Source of the DNA: Fonticula alba ATCC 38817
Lineage: Eukaryota; Protista; Nucleariida
NCBI GenBank assembly: GCA_000388065.2
Contig: KB932204.1
Length of the DNA: 38,966 nucleotides
Direction: 5' to 3' (one strand)
This document shows positions 23,281 to 32,609 of the stretch, one piece after another (the stretch's first letter is position 1; each line of letters starts with the position of its first letter). The notes below the pieces were generated by a model that saw only the letters and a list, made by a program, of their open reading frames with translations, made no database searches and was not told the origin of the DNA. The position numbers and the translations under genes are program-made.

Positions 23281-24896
23281 TTACTTCTTGCGGGTGACAC
23301 CCATGACGCGGCCACGGCGAGAGGTGGTCTTGGTGTGCTGGCCACGGACCTTCAGGCCGAGGTAGTGGCGGATACCACGGTGGGAGTAGATGCGCTTGAG
23401 GCGGTCGAGGTCCTCACGCATCTTGTTAGCAATACCGGTGGTGATCAGGTGGGAGTCGGTACCATCGACGACATCCTGAAAGACGGAAAGAGAGAGCGAG
23501 CGAGGGGAGAGAGAACGAGCGACAGGGGAGCGCGCATGTCAGTAAAGGCGGGAGAGGCGCGTGTGTGTGCCCCGTTGCCGCGCGAGCGCGAGCGCCCATC
23601 CGCCAACCAGCGCCGAGGCTTGACCCCTCGCGCGGGGCTGTGACATTGATGCGCGGAGGGGGATGGGCGGGCGGGCATGCGGCGCGCGCGGGAGAGAGAG
23701 AGAGAGAGAAAGGGGGGAAGCGCGGCGAACGCACGTAGCGACGGTTAAGGAACCAGTTGGGGATCTTGTACTGGACGGGGTTCTGGATGACGTCAATCAG
23801 ACGGTCCTGCTCCTCGACGGTGAGCTCACCGGCACTGTGGGATCCATCCATATATGGCAAGCAGCAGGGGGAGGGAGGGGGGGGACAAGGAAAAGGGGGT
23901 AAGTATGACTCGCGCGCGAGGAGGAGCAGAAAGAGAGGACGGAGTGTCGGCCCGCGGGGGGGAGATCGGAGAAAGGCGCGCGCGCGGATGGACCGGATGA
24001 CGCACCGCTTCTCGGGGCAGACACCGGCCTTCTTGACGACAAGAGTGGCGAAACGGCGGCCAACACCCTGGATGGAGCAGAGGGCGTAGACAACCTTGCG
24101 CTTACCCTCAACGTTGGTGTTGAGGAGACGGAGAATATGAGTGAAACCACCCTCGGGAGCGACGGCCGACTGCGGGGGACAGGGAGAAGGACGAAACGTG
24201 ACGGGGGCGTTAGTGGTCGGAGCTGGCCGAGAGACAGGCAGGGGAGCGGGACGTCGGATGCATCTTGAATCCGATGCCCCCTGCTCGCAGGGCGGGGGGG
24301 AGATATTCTTGGGAACCGCGCCTCGGATCGGTCCTCCCACACAGGCGCTCATGCGCGTCAGACCCAGACCTGGGACGATGGCCATGGAGCAACACAGGAC
24401 CGAAGAGTCCCCTCTCCTCCTCGTCGTCCGCCTGACCTCGGGGGCCGCCCGGAGAGAGCGGGTCGGCCGGAAGGCGCGCACAGGCACACGCGTCGGGGCC
24501 CGGGGAGGGGGTCGCACGCGCGTGCGGGGACGCGCCGGCCCGGCCCGGCCCGGCAAAGCCAAGCAATCATCCGCGCGCAAGCGGCTGCCTTCGGGCACAC
24601 GGAAGGCGCGCGCGCGCGCGCAGAATCACATCCATACGGACGAGAGAGGGAGAGAGAGAGGCGCGGGCAGAGGGCGCATCGTGCGCGCCAATGACGAGAG
24701 GAGGAGAGAACATGGGGGTCCGGTGGTCATGCATGCGGCGAGGACCTACATCGCCGGTCGAGGTCTGCTGTGTGGGAGGCGCACGGGAAGGGCGGCGATT
24801 CGCCAAGATGGAGGGGAGCAAGAGCAAAGGCAAGGGAAAGGAGGAGAGGGGAGGAGGAGGAGGAACGAGGGTGGCGGGGAGGGGGGCTCGAACCAT
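23281..24896 (-). CDS. RPS18: 40S ribosomal protein S18 (uS13), about 153 aa, 4 coding exons, the first being the ATG alone
   Basis: Exons 24896-24894 (ATG then GTTCGA), 24169-24006, 23834-23735 and 23475-23281 total 462 nt. Motifs: [47 protein letters not shown]. Placement of the ATG exon is inferred (the only ATG-GT found upstream, A at -3); the other exons are secure. Confidence 0.96.
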
Positions 24897-26516
24897 TGTT
24901 ACTACTGCGTTTAGTGATGTCAGGAGAGAAACAAAACAAAACGAGCGAGAGAGAGGCAGTCCTGCCAGACGGATGCCAGTATGCCGCCACATGAGAGACG
25001 GCCCTCGGCGCGGCCCCGCCCCCGGGCACCGGTGCCCTGGAGTGGGCCGGGCGCATGTCAGCGGGCCAGCCGGGCTCTCCGTCTTTCCGGCCCTCCCCCA
25101 CGGAGAGGGCCTGGCAACGGACCGGCACGGGCCGCGGGCATCGGCGCCCAGGGAGAGAGCCAAGAGGGGGGGAGTATGTGTGCCCCCGCCCCTCCCCGCC
25201 CCCCCTCCCCTAACCTTCGGGCCGCGCGGGGGGGGGGGGAGGGCACAGCCACGCCACTGTCTCCTGCTGCCTTCCCAGGGGGACGGGGGCAAGGGCGGGG
25301 GGGGGGGGGGCTTGACCCCGCCATGTGCAGCCCCCAACTTCGCCCGCCCCGCGCTAGGCCGAGAGCCAGAGCCGGGGGGACGCGGGAGGGGGACGACACG
25401 ATCGCCCTCGTCGTCCCCCCTTGGGCCGACGCGCCCGGTTTACTCGCCCACCGCACGCCGACCGGCCCCCCACTCTGAAAGACACCGCACCGGGCGTCAG
25501 GGACGGCCTCCCTCCCGAGGGGGGGGGGGAACTGCCGTCGCGGTCTCCTCCGAGCGGGGGGCACCGCCCGGCGCGCATGCACACGCACACACGGGCGAGA
25601 GCAAGGCAACCCGTGTGTCGCTCGGTCTCTCGCTCGCTCTGTCCCCCAGGCCGCCCGGCGCACATCGGGCGCCGAGCTCATGTGGGATGGACCCCGGAGG
25701 CGCCACACAACACAACACACGACGGTTGCTCTGGCGGCGCGTCTCTTCCCCCCTCCGCATGCGCCCGGAAGACACCACCCGACGGGCCCCGGCCGAGGGA
25801 GCCCTGCCTGCTGGAGGGAAACCCTCCCGGCACCGCGTCGCGCGCCCACGGCGGCCGCCCGTGCCCCCTCCGGGGGACCCAACCGAAGGGTGTAGGAGCG
25901 AGGTCTGTCCTGCGGTTCCCGGTGGCCTGGGGGCGGACACGGAAAACCTCGCTCCCGGCAGAACCTAATATCTCGAAAAAGCCGGTCGGCCAACCATGCC
26001 TGACAAATGACAAAGGCGGAAGAAGGACCACCAGTCTTCGTCACATACACACACACACAACCGGAAAACCCTGTGCCTTCGGGGGCGGAGGCCGAGGGCA
26101 GAGCCCGCTCGGAGCGCCCAAAAGAGGGATAAAAATTACGCACCTTATTCCTCTCTGCCAATGGTTGGTGCCGCTCATTCTGAAAGCCGTCCTCTGGCTG
26201 CCTCTTCAGCACGAAACTCCATTTCGGCAGCCTTTCTCCTCCAGCATCCTGCTTGGTCTAATAGGCGCGTGAGGGCGGGGGGGGGGGGGTACCTGGCCAG
26301 CAGCACTCCCGGCCCCTCTGTTCGGCCTGCCGCCCTGTGTTCCCTCTCGCGTCCCTGCCTCGTGGTGGGGTCTTTCCATGTCCTCTGGGCGCGGGCGCGT
26401 AAACGCATGTGTGCGGGGGGGGGGGGCTATGTGTTCCTGGCCGCGCTTTTTAGTACTACGGCAAGCCCCTCAGGTCGGCCGTGTGGCCCACGCATGCATG
26501 CCTCGGCTCGTGGCGG

Positions 26517-26538
26517 CCAATATTAGCGCGCGTATTGG
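26517..26538. promoter_or_regulatory. Inverted pair of CCAAT boxes in the RPS18/eIF3d divergent interval
   Basis: CCAATA-TTAGCGCGCG-TATTGG: one CCAAT per strand, 6-bp arms, 10-nt spacer. Function is inferred. Confidence 0.4.
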
Positions 26539-27085
26539 AACGGGTACACTGTGCGGGGGGGGGGAGGCCGCTCTTCCTCGTTTTTTTTCCCCCCCCCCTC
26601 CCGCGGCCTTTTATCTTGCCGCACTCTCCGGTCGACAGGGGCGAAGTGTGGGACAAAATAAAAGCGCCCACGCGAGGGCGCCCGGGAAACGTCCCCCCCC
26701 CCCCCCCCACAGACAGACGGAGGGAAGTTCACCCCGGGGCACAGGGGGCGCGAGCCGGAAGGAAGTGGTGCGAGACCCGGTCACCGAGCGCGGAGGGGGG
26801 TGGCGCGGCGTGAGGCATTTCCGGACTGGAGGTCGGCCCGTGGCGGCCACGCACGGCGGCGGCAGCGGCGAGCTGAACGGGGACCGGCCCACGCTGCCGT
26901 TGGCACAGGGGAGGGCCATTGCAATGCGAGGGGGGAAGGCGAGGAGAAGGGCCCGAGGCACAGAGAAGGCGCGGGGCATCAAATGTCTGGTGCATTGTGA
27001 TGACGCAAAATCCCGGGCGCGCCGTCGCCACCCTGTTGCTGCCCGGTCTGACGGGCTTTTTCAGCCTCTACCCAACTAGCACCGC

Positions 27086-27414
27086 GTCCGCGTGTACCCC
27101 CTCTCTCCTCCGACTCCGCCACACACCCTGTCGCTCTTCTCCCGTCCTCCCCCCCCCCACCAGTCCCAACACGCCCGTTGCTGTGTGTGTCTCCCCCCCC
27201 CCACTTCCTTTCGCCTCCCAGCCACTTGAGCCCCTCTCTTTTCCTCTCTCTCTCTCTCTGCCTTCCCTTGTCATCTTGTTCTTGTCTCCTGTCGCTCGGA
27301 TTGATTGACCCCTCCTCCTGTGCCCACGCGTGTGCACTCGCCCTTTTTCCCGTCGCTGCCTCCTCGTCCCCCCCTCACTGCCTTTCTCCTGCGTGCTCAT
27401 TCCCACGCGCGCAG
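27086..27414 (+). other. Putative 5' UTR intron of eIF3d
   Basis: GTCCGC donor fits the local GTNCG consensus, the body is C/T-rich, and GCTCAT plus GCGCAG end 12 nt before the ATG. Confidence 0.45.
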
Positions 27415-27426
27415 CCTGGTATCATC

Positions 27427-29560
27427 ATGGCCGAATTCGTCAACCCCAAGATCGAGAACAACGCCTCCGGCTGGGGCCCCTCCGTCGTTACTGATGACCA
27501 GATCGACGTGCCCTTCGTCTCCTTCACCAAGTCGCACCGCGTCTTCCGCGCCTCCGACTGGATCACCGGCTCCCGCCCCCGCTTCGAGCCCAACCGTCCG
27601 TGCTCCCCTGTCCCCCCTCCTTTCCTGCGACCGCATGCCTGTTTTTCCTTTTGCCCCCCCCCCCCTCCCCCCTCGATACGGCATCTCCCCACCTCCTCCG
27701 CTCACGGCCGCCCCTCCTTCTTTTATGTATCCCTCCCCGATACCCCCTCCCTCCCTTCCGCCCCCTCCCCCCTCGGCGACACGACACAGAGCGCATGACC
27801 AACGCCACTGTTGTCAACAGCGCCTTCTTCTTCGCGCCCCAGGAGGACGAGTCCACCTTCAACGTCGTCCCCTCCAGCCGTCCTCAGCCCAACACCCGCC
27901 CGTCCAACCGTGGCGGTCGCAACAACCTCCAGCGCGGGAACAACCAGAGCCGTGGCAACCGTCCCACCGGCGGCCGCGGTGGTCGCTCTGGCCGCGGTCG
28001 CGGCGGCCGTCTCGGCTCCTTCGGCGACCGTGTACGTCCTTGGCTGCCAGCCTTCTGCCTCCATGCCGGGGATGCTTTCCCCCCCCCCCCAGTCCAGCGT
28101 CTCCTCCTCCCCTGGGTTCTGACCGCCTTGCCCCTGGCTCTGCTCGTGCCTTCACCACCGCCACCACCCCTCCCCCCCCCGATGTACACCAGTCTCACCG
28201 CACTCGTGAGCCTGCCATCCCCGTCGACGACAGCTTCCGCCCGGTCACGACCTTCGAGTTCTCTCAGCTCGCTGGTCTCGAGATGGAGATCCCCGAGGTT
28301 ACCGAGATGTGCGTCTTTCCATTGTTGTCCCTCCCTTCCGCCCCTTCATCGTGGTTGCTCCTCCTGTGCATCCACATTCTCACCTCTGTTCTCCACCTCC
28401 CCCGGCTGCCCTTTGCCCTCTCTCCCCTTTTCCCCCCCCCCCCGGCCACAGCACCTCTGCTGGTACCATCAAGCAGTACGTCAGCGCCCAGGATGGTGTT
28501 ACCACCAAGAAGGCCAAGGCCCTGCGCAATGTCGACGTCGACATCCCCAATGTCATGGCCAGCTCCGATGCCATCATCAAGGAGGTACGCCCGGCTCCAT
28601 CGCCCCCCCCCCTCCCCCCCTGCTCCGCCCCCTCCATTTTTCCCTCCATGCTTTACTTATCATGCTCCTCCTCTCTACCCCGTGGCTTCTGCTGCTTCGC
28701 GTGCCTACACACATGCACACACAGCTCGCCGCCTCCACCAAGCACAAGGTCTTCACCACCTCCTCGGTCCTGGCTCTGCTCATGTCCACCCCCCGCTCGG
28801 TTTACTCTTGGGACCTGGTTATCCGCCGTCAGGGTGGCAAGATCTTCATCGACAAGCGCGATGGTTCCGCTGCCGGTTCGTCTGCTGCCGCTGGCGTCGC
28901 CCCCCCTCTCCTCCTCCTCCTCCTCCTCTTCTTCTTCTTCGCCTCCTCTTCTTCTCCTCCTCTTCCTCTTCTCCTCCTCTGCCCCCGTTTTCGGGCTCCT
29001 CTCGTCTTCGGGCTCCCTCTTGGACACCAGGCGTTCTCACCCTCCCCCTTCTCTTCCCCTCGCCACTTCTTGTCTTCCCCCGCCCCCGTCCCTTGCATCT
29101 TGCGAACGTCGACCTGCGTCCACACCGGCAGACTTCTACACCGTTTGCGAGAGCGCCGACATGAGCCTCGAGGACCGCGAGGGCGTCAACTCGCCCGCCA
29201 GCCTGTCGATGGAGGCCACCCGCCTGAACGCCAGCTTCCCCCAGCTGTCGGTTACCGACAAGGCCGTCGAGACCTTCGACCGCCCGTACCCCTTCCATCT
29301 GGATGACCCCACCACCTCGGCCGGTCTCCTGTACCGCTCCGTCCCTCTGGGCAACTACTCGATGGTCGTGCGCTCGGACGTCGATGCCTTCGTGCCCACT
29401 TCCTCCGGCAAGTCCCTGATCAACATCCGTGCTCTCAATGAGACCGAGGGCCGTGTACGTGGTGGTCTCATGTTTTGAACCCTCCTCGCCTCGCCCATTT
29501 GGCTTTCCTCAGTCCTGCTGACCACCGCCCGTTTATCCGCCCCTCCTCCGCCTTCTCTTG

Positions 29561-29597
<37 letters not shown>

Positions 29598-30026
29598 GGG
29601 CCCCTCTACTCCCCACGCTCACAGGGCTCCATCAACTGGCGCAGCCGTCTGGACGCCCAGCGCGGTGCGGTCATGGCTGTGGAGCTGAAGTTCAACGCGC
29701 ACAAGCTCGCTCGCTGGGCTTCCGAGGCGCACCTGGCCGGCTCGGACCTGCTGAAGATCGGTTTCGTTTCTCGCACGGCCCCTCGTGACCCCTCGCGCCA
29801 CACCCTGCTCGGCACCCTTTCTATCAGCCCCGAGAGCCTGGCTTCTCAGGTGAACCTGAAGCTGGAGAACTCCTGGGCCATTGTCAAGGCTGTCTGCGAT
29901 GCGGTCATGGCCCAGCCCGATGGCGAGTACCTGCTCATGCGCGAGCCCAACAAGCCCGCCCTCGGCCTGTACACCTTCCCGGAGGACTACTTCGTGGCCG
30001 ACGAGGAGTCTGATGAGGAGTTCTAA
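27427..30026 (+). CDS. EIF3D: Eukaryotic translation initiation factor 3 subunit D, about 511 aa, 7 exons
   Basis: Exons 27427-27595, 27790-28031, 28193-28308, 28452-28584, 28725-28875, 29132-29454 and 29625-30026 total 1536 nt. Motifs: NNASGWGP, RSVYSWD, IDKRD, NSPASLSMEAT, IRALNE, WRSRLDAQRGAV, KLARW, GFVSR; RGG-rich linker and short acidic tail. Confidence 0.96.
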
Positions 30027-30265
30027 GTACATGCGCGTTTTTTCGCCCCCCCCCCCCCTCCCCCCCGTGCGTGTGGTGTCTCCGTCGACGCGCACACACG
30101 CATATCCACTCGCCACCCCCACAACCCCCCCCCCCCCCCCTCCACATATATGCATATACATGATACGCAGTTTCTGCCTCTCTCCTCCCCTCGCGCTCAC
30201 GCGTATGCTGCATGCACGTGCGCTTCTTCCTTCCAGTCGTTGTGTACCCCTCTTCTTCTCTCCAG

Positions 30266-30271
30266 AATAAA
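30266..30271 (+). terminator. Candidate polyadenylation signal of eIF3d
   Basis: AATAAA about 240 nt after the stop, preceded by a TA-rich patch at 30144-30159. Confidence 0.35.
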
Positions 30272-30400
30272 TGCGAATATCCCCCTCCTTTTGCGTTTGC
30301 GATCGCCCTGCACCCTGAGGCATGTGTGTATATTGTATCCTTCCCTCTCCAGGGAGGGGAGAGGACAGAGGGGCGCCAGAAGGTGGGAGGCACACTCCCT

Positions 30401-32016
30401 CTATGGCGGGCGGATGTCCGGCTGGTGTCCGACCGTGGGGCTGTCATCCCCTTCGGGGTCTGTGCAGCTGAGAGTCATCGGGAAGAAGAGCCTCGGCAGA
30501 CGAGTGGCGGTCAGCTCGTCGGTGCTGAAGAATTCCGGGTCGAGCCAGTTGATGGCCTCGATGATGTAGTGTATCCGGTAGGCCATGATGATGGTGGAGA
30601 TCTGGCAGAGTGTTGGCAATGGCCGTGACGTTAGCTGGCGGCCAGATCGGCGATGGGCAGGGGGAGGGGGNNNNNNNNNNNNNNNNNNNNNNNNNNNNNN
30701 NNNNNNNNNNNNNNNNNNNNNNNNNNNNNNNNNNNNNNNNNNNNNNNNNNNNNNNNNGGGTAAGGCCCAGGGAGGGCCCCGGGCAGGTAGGGGAACCCCC
30801 CCCCCCCCGCATACATGGCGGTCACCACACGCACCCCGAAGCCCAAATGCGGGAGGAAGAAGAGGCTCAACAGCTTGTAGATGTCGAGAGCCGGGTTGCA
30901 CGGGGAGGAGTTGGTGGTCCCCCAGCAGGAGTAATCAATGGACAGGACAGTGGCAATCCCGACGGCCGAGGCCAGGGTGGAGAAGATGCCGGCCGCCCGG
31001 GCACTGGTGGCCTTCACTCGAGGGATGATGCTCGGCAGGAAGGCCAGCCCAATGGGGAACCAGCAGAGCACCTGCACGATGAGCAGGATCTTCAGGCTGT
31101 GGATGTAGATCCGGTACCGGTGCGCCAGGATGTCGATGGTTTGGCGAACGCGGCGGCTACTGATCGGGCTGAAGGAGGTGGTGATGGTGGTGCCGGCGAT
31201 GCTTTCGCTGCTGGAGGCCGCCGGGCCGGCCAGGAGGCTGGAGCTGCTGCTGTGCGATGTGGCGATCGAGGAGCGCGAGTGTGGTGGCCGCCCATCGGCC
31301 GGGGTGGGCAGCCGTGTGGTGAGGGGAACCGGCCGGGGGGTCGTGCTGCCGGGGATGTTGGCTCCGGCGAGGCCGGGCCCGCCGACGGGAGCCAGGGGGA
31401 TGTGAAGATGGTGGTGGGGATATTGGCTGGCGGTGGTGGACTTGGTCGGGGGCAGGTGGTGCGGGCTGCCGGGGCCCGGGGCCGGCCGGGGTCCAGGCGG
31501 GCTGACAGGCCCCCGGGTGGGGTCTTGCCGGGCGGCAGCGGCGGCGGCCGCCGCCGCGACCGATGACGGGGTGGGCAGCCGCACGCTCGGATCGCAAAAG
31601 CGGCTCAGTTGCTCGAGCAAGTCGCTGTCATCCTCCATCAGGGCCAGGGTTAAGGCCCCGGTGCCGGGCTCCTCAGAAACGCCGGTGTCAGCCGTGGGCC
31701 TGGGCGCCGCGGTGGCGCTGGGGATCAGTGGCGCGGCAATGAGAGTCTGACTGCCGGTGGGCGAGCCCAGGTGTGGTGACAGTTCCCCGGAGCCCAGGAG
31801 GCTGGCCCCGCCGGGGCCATCATGGGTGTCGACATTGGCACCCTCCTTGCTGCCGTAGCCATCGTCGTCCAGGTTGAGGCTGCCGCCGTCGCGGCCGCCG
31901 CGGCCGCCGCCGCCGCCGCCGTAGCTAGTGTCGATGAACTCGGTGAGGGAGAAAATGCCAGCATGGTTGCCAGGGGAAGTGGGGTAGTCGGGTGGCTCGG
32001 GCCCAATTGCTTCCAT
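30401..32016 (-). CDS. Hypothetical membrane protein, about 460 aa: disordered N-terminal ~300 aa and about 3 TM segments near the C-terminus
   Basis: GCCACCATGG start at 32016. Exon 32016-30835 (donor GTGCGT) joins exon 30601-30401 (GCTAAC branch, TGCCAG acceptor) in phase 0, 1383 nt total. The hydrophobic region uses high-GC3 codons like the other genes. No family recognised. The intron contains an N-gap, so a small extra exon could be hidden. Confidence 0.75.
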
Positions 32017-32561
32017 GGTGGCTGGGAGGAGTGAGGTGACAAGAAGCAGGGGGGGGGNNNNNNNNNNNNNNNNNNNNNNNNNNNNNNNNNNNNNNNNNNN
32101 NNNNNNNNNNNNNNNNNNNNNNNNNNNAGATCCGGAGGGAAATCTAAACAGCCCCCCTGGGCCGAGCCGCAACCTGTGGGGTGCGTGGATATGGTGCGCA
32201 GATGTAGATGGGCATGGGTTGTGCAGGCGGCCCTGGGGGCGCCGGCGCGTGTGCTAGCACCGACACATCGAGCATTCCGCGCCGTTGGACATGTAGAGAA
32301 CACCGGCTCCGGGCAGCCGGGCGCCCGATACTTGGTCGGGCGGGCGAGCGAAGGGCGCCAATCGCTGCTGCGGGACCTTCGCGAGGGGCATGCCCCGGCG
32401 CATGCGGGTGGGGCTTTGGTTTCCTCGGCCACCAACCTGCGCGCGGTGGAGCCTGCGCCACGAGAGCGATCGCCATGGGATCCGCTCCTGGTTGATAGGC
32501 ACCTAGGGTGACGTTCCCCCGGTGGCGGGGCCGCGCCGGCCGTGGCAGGATCACCGGCAGC

Positions 32562-32565
32562 GGTG

Positions 32566-32603
<38 letters not shown>

Positions 32604-32609
32604 GGCGGT
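32562..32609. repeat. (GGC)n trinucleotide tract, 16 triplets (13 GGC, 3 GGT)
   Basis: Direct count; lies about 550 nt upstream of the orphan gene ATG, reading (CCG)n on its sense strand. Confidence 0.9.

Noticed and set aside
24884-24894. Perfect Pol III B-box GGTTCGAGCCC on the minus strand
   Set aside because: It coincides with the RPS18 ATG/donor junction. Only 2 bp of T-stem can form and there is no A box.
26997-27051. Second C/D-like pair (GTGATGA...CTGA)
   Set aside because: Only 55 nt long, and the CTGA sits in the loop of a local GCCCG/CGGGC hairpin; more likely eIF3d promoter or leader sequence.
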